Source: a virus
Reading direction: 5' to 3' (one strand)
DNA: 64,000 nucleotides
IMG/VR virus record: IMGVR_UViG_3300037466_003065
Span: 64,001 to 128,000 of that record
The notes beneath the pieces are model-generated. The model had not been told where the DNA came from and made no database searches. It saw nothing but the letters and a program-made list of their open reading frames with translations. The translations under genes and the position numbers were made by a program. Below, in pieces: positions 36,609 through 45,541 of this stretch; the stretch's first letter is position 1, and each line of letters begins with the position of its first letter.

Positions 36609-36961
36609 CGTGGCACCTCCGTGGCTTCGTAGTATTCGGGGGGCGGGAACTTCTCGGGGTGCTCGCCGTCGTAGCTCTTGGGCGGCTCCCGGAACTGGAT
36701 CGGCACCTGCTTCAGGGCTAGTAACGATTCGCGGACGGCCTCGATCTCCTTCTTGGAGAAGCGGTCGAAGTCCGTCCACTCGTCGCACGCCTTCAGGCTG
36801 AAGTCGATGTCGTCGTCGTCGAAGTTCTCGTCCTCCCATACGATGTGGGACGGGCCCCAGCGCAGGGCATCGGAGGAGTCGTTCAGCTTCTCGACGGCCG
36901 CCTTGTAGATGTCGACGACGCGACGTGCCCATCCCCAGTGACAGAACCAACAGATGCTCAT
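36605..36961 (-). CDS. hypothetical protein
   Basis: GGGAGGCATC RBS; ATGA-coupled to the PAPS-reductase gene. Confidence 0.7.
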   Translation of the reverse strand: MSICWFCHWGWARRVVDIYKAAVEKLNDSSDALRWGPSHIVWEDENFDDDDIDFSLKACDEWTDFDRFSKKEIEAVRESLLALKQVPIQFREPPKSYDGEHPEKFPPPEYYEATEVPR

Positions 36962-36978
36962 GATGCCTCCCAAAAGAA

Positions 36979-37002
36979 GGGCCCGCCCCGAAGGGCGGGC
37001 CC
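36979..37002 (-). terminator. terminator-like hairpin directly before an RBS
   Basis: 10-bp stem GGGCCCGCCC/GGGCGGGCCC followed on the minus strand by TTCTTTTG. Confidence 0.75.
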
Positions 37003-37027
37003 ATTTGTTGCGGGTTGACGGACGGGC

Positions 37028-37801
37028 TTAGGCGCCCTTCGGGGCGTCCAGCTTGGTGTCCGTGGAGATGACCCCGCGGCTCTTCATCAGCTCCTCCACC
37101 TTCCGGCGGGCGTCCGCGTTGGCGATCTCGCGATCCTCGGCCACCCGATTCCGGCGAGCTGCGGCAGCCGTATCGACGACGGCAGGGGCGCGGCGGGTGT
37201 CGGTGCGCTGACGTAGACGCTCCATCGCCTCGGCGAGCTGGCTGCTCTCGGAGGACAGGTCGAGGCTGGTGCTCACCGCATTGTTGGCCTCGTCGGCCTT
37301 GGCGAGCTCGTCGTTGCTGACCAGCTCCTTGAGCTGCTCGCGCTGCAGCTCGTAGTCCTGCTGGGCTTGGGTGGCCTCGGCCTGCGATGCCTCGAACTGC
37401 TTGTTGGCGTTGGCCAGCGACTCCTCGGCCTGGTGCAGGGCCTCGGTCTTCATGTCGAGCTGACGCTGGGCCTCGGTGGCACCGTCAACGTCGTTCTTGC
37501 CCATGCGGTGGTTGCGGCGACTCTCCCACTCCTTCACGTCGGCGAGAAGGTCGTTGACCTTCCGCTGGCGGCTCTCGAGGGTAGCCCAGTACGTCTGCCG
37601 ACGCTTGGCCGCGTCGTCCATCTTGTCCTTGATCTGGGACAGGATGCCCTGAGCTTGCGTGGCCGGGTCGACCTTGTCCAGCTTGGTGCCGTAGCCGTGG
37701 GCGAGGTTGCGGAGGGACTGGGCGGCGCCGCCGGGGCCCCGCACCTTGGTGTAGAGGATGATGCCGACGATGACGAGAACGATAAAGATGATGAGATACA
37801 T
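37028..37801 (-). CDS. PspA/IM30-like coiled-coil protein with N-terminal transmembrane helix
   Basis: MYLIIFIVLVIVGIILY TM segment, then long heptad helices in PspA-like order. Confidence 0.6.
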   Translation of the reverse strand: MYLIIFIVLVIVGIILYTKVRGPGGAAQSLRNLAHGYGTKLDKVDPATQAQGILSQIKDKMDDAAKRRQTYWATLESRQRKVNDLLADVKEWESRRNHRMGKNDVDGATEAQRQLDMKTEALHQAEESLANANKQFEASQAEATQAQQDYELQREQLKELVSNDELAKADEANNAVSTSLDLSSESSQLAEAMERLRQRTDTRRAPAVVDTAAAARRNRVAEDREIANADARRKVEELMKSRGVISTDTKLDAPKGA

Positions 37802-37821
37802 TGTGCGTTGCTCCTTGGGGG

Positions 37822-38583
37822 TTAGTAACTGATGCGTTCCGGGTTGATCTCGATCCCCTTGTAGATCTCGACGTAGCTGGTCTTGGCGTCCTGTTCGACG
37901 AACACGAACTCGTTGACCTTGTTGCCTCCTTCGGTGGTTGTTTCGCGGGAGAAGTCCCACAGCTTGAGCCGGTGCCGGCGGGCCGCCGCCAGGCCCTTGC
38001 CGTGCGGCCGGAACGAGACCGACTTGCAGCCGTGCGGGGCGTGGACGCCCTTGGCCCGCCAGTACGTGGCGGTAATGTCCTTGCTCTCGTCGTCAAACTC
38101 CACGAACTTGCCGGTGTTGTCGTCCTCGCGCTCGAGGAGGGCCGCCATCAGGTCGCGGAAGTCCTTGTGGTCGGCGCCCAGTTCGTCGTGCAGGCGGCAG
38201 ATCACGTAGTCGAACTCCATCTCCCCGCCACCCAGATCCTTCGGGAAGATCCGCAGCACGAGCCGGTTGGCGCTGAAGACTTGGGTCAGCATGTAGTCGG
38301 TGAACGGGTATACATCCTCGTGGATCTGCTCGACCGACCGCACCTGGCTGACCACGTAGTCGCCGCCATAAAGGGGGTGGTCGATCGTGATCTTCGCCTG
38401 CATACCCTTCGTCATCTTCCCGATCGCGTGCACCGGATCCTCGAACCGGTATTCGTTGTCGCCGCTGGTCTTCACGGTGACATTGTGGGCGTCCGCGGGC
38501 GTCGCGGCTGGCTTGCCCTTGAACAGCTCCTTCACGTTGGCGCCGATCCATCCGGCGAATGTGCGTCCTTTGAGCGATGCCAC
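37822..38583 (-). CDS. DUF4178/DUF2491(YjfK)-like protein
   Basis: Duplicated aromatic beta-rich modules next to a PspA-like gene; family call tentative. Confidence 0.4.
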   Translation of the reverse strand: MASLKGRTFAGWIGANVKELFKGKPAATPADAHNVTVKTSGDNEYRFEDPVHAIGKMTKGMQAKITIDHPLYGGDYVVSQVRSVEQIHEDVYPFTDYMLTQVFSANRLVLRIFPKDLGGGEMEFDYVICRLHDELGADHKDFRDLMAALLEREDDNTGKFVEFDDESKDITATYWRAKGVHAPHGCKSVSFRPHGKGLAAARRHRLKLWDFSRETTTEGGNKVNEFVFVEQDAKTSYVEIYKGIEINPERISY

Positions 38584-38584
38584 G

Positions 38585-39103
38585 TTAGTACCTCCGGAAG
38601 AATATGAAGTAGACGGCGGCCCCGATCAGGCCGGCCCAGAACAGGAACTTGATGACGCCCCAGCACGGGTCGAAGCTGTAGTGGTGGGCGACCGGGCTGC
38701 CGTTCACGTACACCGTGTCGTGGCCGCTCGACCGGCCCATCATCCAGCCCCAGAAGAAGCCGTCGTTGCTGCTCCCGCCGCCGTAGTTGTGAATGTGGGT
38801 GTCGCCGCTGCGCGGGGTCGAAGACGAGCTGCCGGACGAGTCGCCCTTCTTCGACGAGCTCCCCCACCAAGACGACCCGGAACCGGAGGAGCCGCTCGAC
38901 GACGAGCTGCTGGACGGCTTAGAATACGACTCGCTCTGCGAGCGGCGGGCGGCCGAGCTGGCCCCACTGTTCACGCTGGACGAGCTGCGAGAGCTGCCCG
39001 AGCTGCTACTGCTCGACCGGCCCGACGACCCGCTCGACCCGTAGCCCGCCCACGCCGCGGTGGACATGCAGAGAGCGAGCAGGATTACCAATACCTTTTT
39101 CAC
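38585..39103 (-). CDS. exported S/G-rich membrane protein
   Basis: Signal peptide MKKVLVILLALCMSTAAWA, Ser-rich linker, GFFWGWMMG, C-terminal TM helix. Confidence 0.8.
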   Translation of the reverse strand: MKKVLVILLALCMSTAAWAGYGSSGSSGRSSSSSSGSSRSSSSVNSGASSAARRSQSESYSKPSSSSSSSGSSGSGSSWWGSSSKKGDSSGSSSSTPRSGDTHIHNYGGGSSNDGFFWGWMMGRSSGHDTVYVNGSPVAHHYSFDPCWGVIKFLFWAGLIGAAVYFIFFRRY

Positions 39104-39162
39104 GATCGTGTTCTCCTTGAAGACGCCCCCATTAGTTTCGGTTGTGTGGGTGAGGTGCCCCG

Positions 39163-39192
39163 ATTATAGATCCGGCCCGATTCTCTACGCCT
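39163..39192 (-). promoter_or_regulatory. putative promoter of the PspA operon
   Basis: Minus strand AGGCGTAG-N10-CGGATC-TATAAT. Confidence 0.55.
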
Positions 39193-39517
39193 TTCCTGCC
39201 ACATCCCCCTTTCCACAGACCAGGACGGTCACCTCGCCTCGATGCGCTGCACAAAGGAACTCTTGCAACGGGCGACGGTTGGCGTCGTCCCAAGGCCCGT
39301 CGTCGAACTTGAGCTCATACCGGTATGGGACGGTCGGCACGTGCCTCATATCGTCCTGGTTCGTGAAGTAGACATTAACGCGGGAGTCGTCGGCAACGAC
39401 CGGGTAGTAGGTGGGTCTAAACGAGTGCACGCGGAACCCTTCACCCTCGGGGGTCTGGCCATCGGGCACGAAGCGGATCCGCACTTGGTGCGGCAAGTAC
39501 ATCGGCGTGTCCTTCAT
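39185..39517 (-). CDS. hypothetical protein
   Basis: 110 aa, ATGA-coupled. Confidence 0.6.
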   Translation of the reverse strand: MKDTPMYLPHQVRIRFVPDGQTPEGEGFRVHSFRPTYYPVVADDSRVNVYFTNQDDMRHVPTVPYRYELKFDDGPWDDANRRPLQEFLCAAHRGEVTVLVCGKGDVAGKA

Positions 39518-39858
39518 AGCTCGACCACCCCCAGTCCCACGTTGTAGCTGGGGATCGGCGGGTGCATGAGCTTCTGGATCCGCTCGACGCTGGTCACCCG
39601 GTACAACTTGCCGGTGTACGGGTTGCTGGTCGGGCGAGCGTTGCGGCCCCACTGGAACACGACCGTCTTCCCGACGATGTCAACCATGTCCAGGTCGGCG
39701 TCCTGCTCCCGCATGTCGACGATCCAGATGGTGCCGCGACCCTGCGTCACGAAGACGTCGTCCACCCGAAGTAGGAGCACGCCGCAGATCTGTCGCTCGG
39801 CCGGCGTGAGGTAGGGCAGGGCCGAGCGGCGGATCTCCTCCAGCATCGCGGCGGTCAT
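39514..39858 (-). CDS. hypothetical protein
   Basis: 114 aa from MTAAMLEE; start uncertain. Confidence 0.55.
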   Translation of the reverse strand: MTAAMLEEIRRSALPYLTPAERQICGVLLLRVDDVFVTQGRGTIWIVDMREQDADLDMVDIVGKTVVFQWGRNARPTSNPYTGKLYRVTSVERIQKLMHPPIPSYNVGLGVVEL

Positions 39859-39931
39859 GCCGCCGCCGCCCAGCTTGGGGGTGAGCATGCGGTAGAGGCG
39901 GGCTGACCAGCGACCCAGGCCGATGGGGTCG

Positions 39932-40165
39932 TCATTGATCAGAGAGCACGGATTTGACCCACCGCTCGGCGTCTCGGCCGTCCACCCAGTATTTTGAGAG
40001 GTCGGTTCTGTCTTCGATTCCATCGATCGTTTTCTCCAGTAAGTGTAGTGACCGGTGCGTGAAGTTGATCGTCCGCTCGATGCGGTCGGTGCCGACCTCG
40101 CGGACGTGGATCTTCCCGCAGCTATTCTTCTTCCTCTGCTTCCTCGTCGGTGTCGTCGTCCCCAT
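39932..40165 (-). CDS. hypothetical protein
   Basis: 77 aa overlapping the acidic tail of the upstream gene. Confidence 0.35.
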   Translation of the reverse strand: MGTTTPTRKQRKKNSCGKIHVREVGTDRIERTINFTHRSLHLLEKTIDGIEDRTDLSKYWVDGRDAERWVKSVLSDQ

Positions 40166-41270
40166 CGTCGTCCTCGTCTTCCAGTGATTCTTCCTGGTCG
40201 TCTTCCTCATCGAAGTCCTCCTCCTCGTCTTCGAAGCCGATCTCCTCGCGACGGTCTTGCTCCTCGTCCGGGTCGAGGCCAAGGCTTTCGTCGAGCAGCT
40301 CGACATCCGGCTCGTCCTTGACGTAGTTGTCTGCCAAGAACCTGATGACCTCGTTCCAGTTCTCGGCGACGCCGGCCAGGAGCTGCTTCTCGCGAGCCTC
40401 CTTCGTGAGGAGCTTGTTGAACTTCTCGTTGCTCCGCAGCGGCTCGACGGCCTCCCGGATCAGGCGGTCGAGGATCGTGGGCTCGAGCGCGTCCAACTCC
40501 CAGCTCTCCTCGCCGTGGAGGCGGATGTACTCCTTCGCCCGCGGATCCTTGATCTTGGCCGGGTTCGGCGGGGGGTTGTAGACGTCGACCTGGTCGCGGT
40601 TCAACGCGATCCGCTTGACCTCCAGCCTTCGACCCTGCCGTCCCATGAACTGCCGCGTACGCTCGATGATGTCGCGGGTCATGTCGATGCCGCTGGGGTC
40701 GTGGTCGCCGAGGTGGACGATCACGGGGATGTGTCCCTCGTCCACCAGATTCTTCAGCCGCTGTGCGTTGTTCCACATGGCGGTCTGTGAGACGTACCCG
40801 CGGCACGAGAAGAACGGGATGTCGAGCTCGCGGCAGGGGCGGCCGATCACGCCCTCGAGCGCGTCCTTCTCGACATAGACCTCGGGGCGGTAGAGCTGAT
40901 CCTCCCACTTGTTGATCAGGTACTGCTGGGCGACCGCGTTCACGATCGACTGCGGGCTCGACCAGTGGCTGTTGCCGTCCATCTCGCGGGTGCGATCCTC
41001 GATGGCGTTCCAGTCGATCAGGCCGGCCATGCGGCCGTAGTTCACAATGTCCCCGAGCTTCTTGTACGTCTTCGGGTTGTTCGTGCTGCCGTACTTCGGA
41101 TCGAAGTAGCGTTCGTCGAACCAGTCCCGAGCAACAAACTGATAGTAAACCTGCCGGAGCGTCAGGTTGTAGCCCTGCCGCTTGTAGCTGTTCACCACCT
41201 GGTTGACCTTCTGGATCATGTCCAGGTGATGCTTCGAGAACTTCTTGTTGATGTACTTGATCTTGGGCAT
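40122..41270 (-). CDS. topoisomerase VI-A / JetD-like TOPRIM protein with acidic tail
   Basis: LTLRQVYY (winged helix Tyr), VYVEKDA, SCRGY, HLGDHDPSG, WELDAL. Confidence 0.8.
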   Translation of the reverse strand: MPKIKYINKKFSKHHLDMIQKVNQVVNSYKRQGYNLTLRQVYYQFVARDWFDERYFDPKYGSTNNPKTYKKLGDIVNYGRMAGLIDWNAIEDRTREMDGNSHWSSPQSIVNAVAQQYLINKWEDQLYRPEVYVEKDALEGVIGRPCRELDIPFFSCRGYVSQTAMWNNAQRLKNLVDEGHIPVIVHLGDHDPSGIDMTRDIIERTRQFMGRQGRRLEVKRIALNRDQVDVYNPPPNPAKIKDPRAKEYIRLHGEESWELDALEPTILDRLIREAVEPLRSNEKFNKLLTKEAREKQLLAGVAENWNEVIRFLADNYVKDEPDVELLDESLGLDPDEEQDRREEIGFEDEEEDFDEEDDQEESLEDEDDDGDDDTDEEAEEEE

Positions 41271-41650
41271 TACTTGTCCTCCTTGAAGTGATCCGCGATC
41301 GCCTTGTGCACCGCGGTTCCCAGTTCGGTGGCGGCCGGACTGACGTTGTATCCGACGATCCGGTCGGACTCCTCGATCATCTTGAGGGCCACATCCATCT
41401 CGGCCGGGTCGATGTCGATCGCCTCGGCCAGCTTCACCCCGTACGACTCAGCGATCTTCGGGTCGAGATCCATCTCCGTGGCGACGTAGATGATGGGGAT
41501 GCCGCGGTCTTTCGCGGCCTGTATCGCCATCATCTGGTAGTGCATGTTGCCGCGAGGCTCAAGAAGTCTTGGCAGGGCGCCGGCGTCGCACATCACCTCC
41601 TTGGGGATGCCGCTGGGGAACAGCCGCTTTAGGTCTTCTGCTGTGGTCAT
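41270..41650 (-). CDS. short RecA-like fragment protein
   Basis: AAKDRGIPIIYVATEMDLDPKIAESYGV resembles RecA [27 protein letters not shown]; no Walker A. Confidence 0.5.
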   Translation of the reverse strand: MTTAEDLKRLFPSGIPKEVMCDAGALPRLLEPRGNMHYQMMAIQAAKDRGIPIIYVATEMDLDPKIAESYGVKLAEAIDIDPAEMDVALKMIEESDRIVGYNVSPAATELGTAVHKAIADHFKEDK

Positions 41651-41697
41651 CTGATACCTCCTGAAGGGTTATGTCCGCGAGGCGTGTATTGCGTGCG

Positions 41698-42741
41698 TCA
41701 ATCGCGTTGGATTCTTCGTTTCATTCGGGCCGGCCCGTCGTCGATGGGTGGGGGTGCGGGTGGGGCCGAGGGTGTGGGGGTAGCAGCCCGCGACCGGGGC
41801 GGGCTCACAGCCACCCCCACCCCCGTCGCGTCGGTGCCTGTCACTGAATGCCTTGCTGGGTTTTGGGGTAACCGATCGGCCCACACCATCGGCGTCATCA
41901 GCGACACGTTGCCCTGCTGAGTGTGCACCTCCATCGTCCCCTGACACGCACGACAGACCGTGTCGAAGCGGAACGCCTGCCCCTGCTGCATCCGGTAGCG
42001 GTGCGCGATGGCGAGCTGTGGCTCGCGGCAGTGGGGGCAAATGTGGTGCTGGCCGTTGTTGCCGCTTGGGAACGGGCAACCCATCCGGATCTCGCCCGGC
42101 CGCAGGGTCAGCTCACGGTGCTCTCGCTCCAGCCGTCGCCGCGACTCGTCCGGGTCGACGCGGAGCTGCTGCTCGACCTGGGCACGCATCCGCTCCATGA
42201 ACGCCCCGCCCCGCGAGACCGTGTCTTGGGCGTAGAACTGGGTCTGGCGGTCGCCGAGGGATTGGCTGACCGGGGGCAGGTGGCCCTCGATCAGGGTGCG
42301 AGCCCAAGCCGAGACGATCTCGTAGTTGCCGTAACTGCCGGCGCCGAACGTTACCCTGTACTCTTGCCTGCAACGATCGCACGCACCCCAGCATTCCACC
42401 TGCAGCCCGGGCTCGAACTGGAGTTGGCCCTGCCGGCACGCCGGGCACATACCGCGGGTGTTGTTGGCGTACTGTCGGTCTTCTTCGGTGACCGGGATCA
42501 TGGGATTGTCGACCGTCTCGGCCATCGTGTTCCTGTCGCTTATTCCGTAGGCGTCGTACGCCATCAGGGCACCTCTGAGTGCGTCGTCTGCGTGCTGGTC
42601 GGCGATCGGCATCGGGTATGCGTATCGCGACGACGGCTCGTTCGCGATGTTCGCCCGGTGCGTGCTCAAGGGTGGCATGAAAGCCCGATACTCCCGCAGG
42701 TGCTCCCGCCACTTGGCCAGCGTTTCGGCGGGCGGGATCAG
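41698..42741 (-). CDS. hypothetical protein with two zinc-ribbon regions (start uncertain)
   Basis: CPAC...CDRC and CPHC...CRAC. Confidence 0.55.
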   Translation of the reverse strand: MIPPAETLAKWREHLREYRAFMPPLSTHRANIANEPSSRYAYPMPIADQHADDALRGALMAYDAYGISDRNTMAETVDNPMIPVTEEDRQYANNTRGMCPACRQGQLQFEPGLQVECWGACDRCRQEYRVTFGAGSYGNYEIVSAWARTLIEGHLPPVSQSLGDRQTQFYAQDTVSRGGAFMERMRAQVEQQLRVDPDESRRRLEREHRELTLRPGEIRMGCPFPSGNNGQHHICPHCREPQLAIAHRYRMQQGQAFRFDTVCRACQGTMEVHTQQGNVSLMTPMVWADRLPQNPARHSVTGTDATGVGVAVSPPRSRAATPTPSAPPAPPPIDDGPARMKRRIQRD

Positions 42742-43736
42742 GCGGCCTCGGGCAGCGGCCGACCCTCCACGATCCGGTTCTTCTGCTTGGCGAGGAGCAC
42801 CCGCAGCATCGGGCCCAGGTCGAAGTTCGCCCAGACGCACTCGACCTTCTTGACCTTGGTCTTGGTCTGGCCCACCTTGCTGTCGATCTCGAACCTGATC
42901 TTCTCGAAGCCCCTGAACCAGGTGTCGTACTCCTCCGAGTTGTAGCCGCTCACCGCGATCAGCGACTGCGGGTTCCGCCGTGCGTCCTCCATGATCAGGT
43001 GGGCCATCTCCTCGTGCTCCTCCCGCGTCATCTCTCGGCGGTACGCCTTTGGCGTGACGCGCTTTGAGGGCAGATAGGGCGGATCGTAATACTTGTAGAG
43101 CCTTTTGCCACGCAGTACGCCGTGGTTCATGATGCGGGGGATCGCCGTCCGGAAGTGGCTGTGCCACAGGTATACTCCTTTCCAGAAGGCAGCCGTTTCG
43201 GTGATTGCGGCCACCACGTTCTCGTACGCGTTGATGTCGCCCGGCTTGCCGCCGCGGGTGCGGGTGCCGATCCCGAAGTCTTCGCCCAGGCCGGCCCGGC
43301 TCATCCTCGACTGGACGAACCAGACCACGGCCAGCTCCATCCGCTTCCGCTTGTCGAACGAGTCGACCACGTCGGGGTCACGGGTGATGCTGGCGTCGGC
43401 CTGTCGGTAGATCTCCTTGGCCGTCCTGAACTGGGACTCCTCGTACGGGATCGCCTCGAGCGCAGACTGCAGGCCCGCCGCGTCCTCCTGAACGCACTGG
43501 AAGAAGTTGTACTTGAACCAGTCGTCGTCGTTATAGATGCGACATGGGACGAAGCTGGCGTTCTGGGTGAGGACGCCGCCCCCGCCGAACGCGTCGAAGA
43601 ACCCGTCGACCGGCGTGCCGGCCAAGGCGGCCTCGACGATGGGGGCGAGCAGGATCTTCCGCTGGTACCACTTGCCCCCCCAAATTTTCGTAAAAGGCCA
43701 TACATTGAGCAGCTTGGCCATCTGTGACTTCTTCAC
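42738..43736 (-). CDS. dam: Dam-like (D12 class) DNA adenine methyltransferase
   Basis: WGGKW, DAFGGGG (SAM binding), YND, YYDPPY. Confidence 0.9.
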   Translation of the reverse strand: MKKSQMAKLLNVWPFTKIWGGKWYQRKILLAPIVEAALAGTPVDGFFDAFGGGGVLTQNASFVPCRIYNDDDWFKYNFFQCVQEDAAGLQSALEAIPYEESQFRTAKEIYRQADASITRDPDVVDSFDKRKRMELAVVWFVQSRMSRAGLGEDFGIGTRTRGGKPGDINAYENVVAAITETAAFWKGVYLWHSHFRTAIPRIMNHGVLRGKRLYKYYDPPYLPSKRVTPKAYRREMTREEHEEMAHLIMEDARRNPQSLIAVSGYNSEEYDTWFRGFEKIRFEIDSKVGQTKTKVKKVECVWANFDLGPMLRVLLAKQKNRIVEGRPLPEAA

Positions 43737-43978
43737 GCCAACACCTCCGGGTGTGCCTTGATCTTCATCTGGAGCGTACGGACGCCGATGCCGAGCGACT
43801 GGGCCGTCTTCGCGCGACGACCGCCGAACACCTGCAGACGCTCGCGGATCGTGTCCAGTTCGAGCTGGGCCAGCGTCGGCCTGTCATCGGCCGGCGGCAG
43901 GGCCACGGACGCCCCGTTCGTCGCGCGACAAGCGACGAGGCGAGGAGTCCGTGGCGAGATGCGGATCACGTTGCTCAT
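43733..43978 (-). CDS. stand-alone Fis-type HTH protein
   Basis: TLAQLELDTIRERLQVFGGRRAKTAQSLGIGVRTLQMKI matches the Fis / NtrC C-terminal HTH. Confidence 0.8.
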   Translation of the reverse strand: MSNVIRISPRTPRLVACRATNGASVALPPADDRPTLAQLELDTIRERLQVFGGRRAKTAQSLGIGVRTLQMKIKAHPEVLA

Positions 43979-44043
43979 TCCTGTAATCCTTTGATGGTTA
44001 CTTTTGCCAGTCGGCGTGGTGCTGACCGGCTAATGTCGCTGGG

Positions 44044-44071
44044 ATTATAACGGGCGCGTAATTGGATGCAA
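44044..44071 (-). promoter_or_regulatory. sigma70-type promoter
   Basis: Minus strand TTGCAT-N16-TATAAT in an A/T-rich intergenic gap upstream of the Fis-like/dam operon. Confidence 0.7.
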
Positions 44072-44088
44072 GCAGTTAATGCGCGGGG

Positions 44089-44454
44089 TTATTTCAAATA
44101 CCGCGCGTCGCACGGCAACCCCTGCACCACGGCGATCTTGGCCGCCATGGCAGCCTTGGCACCCTCCCTGTCCATGCGGAGCAGCTCCTGTGCCTGCTCC
44201 GGGGAGATGGGCCACGCCTCGCAGGCGTAGTCGATCCGGTTGTCGCCGCTCTCGTCGCGGCGGTCACGCTCGATGAGGAGACGGGCCGACACGTACCGCA
44301 GCCCGTCTGCGTTGACGACGACCTTCCGATCATCGTGGTCGAGCTTGCAGAAGAGCTGAGCCTGGTACTCGGGCCAGTCGAGACGCCACAGGTTCTCGCC
44401 GTCCTCGACTCCGTCTTCGTACCAATCACGATGCACGTTGGTAATCTGGAACAT
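44089..44454 (-). CDS. hypothetical protein
   Basis: AAGGAG RBS, 121 aa. Confidence 0.7.
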   Translation of the reverse strand: MFQITNVHRDWYEDGVEDGENLWRLDWPEYQAQLFCKLDHDDRKVVVNADGLRYVSARLLIERDRRDESGDNRIDYACEAWPISPEQAQELLRMDREGAKAAMAAKIAVVQGLPCDARYLK

Positions 44455-44467
44455 GGGACTCCTTTCG

Positions 44468-45265
44468 TTAGTGGGCGGGGTATACGATGGACACGTCGGG
44501 CATCGCACATGCAGTGCACGCGCCGCATTTGGCCTTGGGCGAGCCGGCCACATTCTTGTAGCGACCGGTCTCCTCCAGGTTCTTGATGGTGGCGTAATAG
44601 CGGCTCGCAACCGCTGGACATACGATCACTTTCTGGCCCGTCTTCTCCGTCCTCAAGCGGGCCACCCGCTTCGCCTCGACCAGCCGTTCCTTGATGCTCA
44701 TGGTGCGGTCGCCCGCCACGTAGCTGACGGCGCCGGCGGCGTACAGGAACCGCCGCAGGGTCTGGGCCGACTCCCGCACGACGACCCGCCACTTCAGGAC
44801 GCGGCGGTAGAAGCGGGCCTTGCTCGGCGACTCGACCGGGAAGTGGACGGGCACGCCCTTCTCGTCGAGGAGCTCGGTCAGCTCCCGGAGGTTGTCGACG
44901 AACTCGGGCGTCGCGTCCTGGGGCTTGGGCAGGCTGCCGTTGGTGCTGAACCGGAACCAGGGGATCGGCTTTCGCCGGCGACGCACCTCGTCGGTCGCCT
45001 TGGCCACGACGGCTGCAGGATCCGACCGCTCGTGCCGGGCCAGCTTTTGCCTCAGTTCGACCCGGTCGAACCGCTGCTCGGTGTTGTAGGCGTAGCACCG
45101 GACGTCCTTGTCGCCGTCGACGTTCTGCGGGTGGTAGCGGCAGGACATGTCGCAGTTCTTGCCGCCGGACTCTCCGAAGTTGAGCGAGGCCGACCCCTCG
45201 ACCCCCTTGTCGAACGACCCGAGGACGGGCGCAGTGCTCTCGATGACGGTCAGTGCGATCTTCAT
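44468..45265 (-). CDS. Gp88-like Cys-rich protein
   Basis: NCDMSC...CYA, WFRFSTNGSL, CPAV, CGACTAC. Confidence 0.6.
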   Translation of the reverse strand: MKIALTVIESTAPVLGSFDKGVEGSASLNFGESGGKNCDMSCRYHPQNVDGDKDVRCYAYNTEQRFDRVELRQKLARHERSDPAAVVAKATDEVRRRRKPIPWFRFSTNGSLPKPQDATPEFVDNLRELTELLDEKGVPVHFPVESPSKARFYRRVLKWRVVVRESAQTLRRFLYAAGAVSYVAGDRTMSIKERLVEAKRVARLRTEKTGQKVIVCPAVASRYYATIKNLEETGRYKNVAGSPKAKCGACTACAMPDVSIVYPAH

Positions 45266-45283
45266 GATGTCTCCTTGAAAGAA

Positions 45284-45310
45284 GAGGCCCCGCCGAACGG
45301 GCGGGGCCTC
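45284..45310 (-). terminator. terminator-like hairpin directly before an RBS
   Basis: 11-bp stem GAGGCCCCGCC/GGCGGGGCCTC then TTCTTTCAAGGAG on the minus strand. Confidence 0.75.
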
Positions 45311-45340
45311 GTGAACCTCTGCGACGTAGTAGGGCTACGT

Positions 45341-45541
45341 TTACTTCAGATGAGCGTACGGGTGTCGGGGGCAGTCGTCCTTGTGGATCTGGGGCGGCTT
45401 ACCGTCGAGGCGGAACGCCCCGCAGTGCGGACACTTGTTGGGCATGCCCTGCAGGGACACGACCTCGACGGCATTCTTGAGGTCTACTGTGGATCGCTCA
45501 ATCAGATCCAGATCTTCAGAAGGAATCGGGCTCGAACTCAT
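45341..45541 (-). CDS. small zinc-ribbon hypothetical protein
   Basis: CPHC...HKDDC. Confidence 0.45.
   Translation of the reverse strand: MSSSPIPSEDLDLIERSTVDLKNAVEVVSLQGMPNKCPHCGAFRLDGKPPQIHKDDCPRHPYAHLK

Noticed and set aside
39856-39935. 26-codon ORF with ATGA overlaps at both ends
   Set aside because: Low-complexity product, and an overlapping longer frame explains the region equally well.
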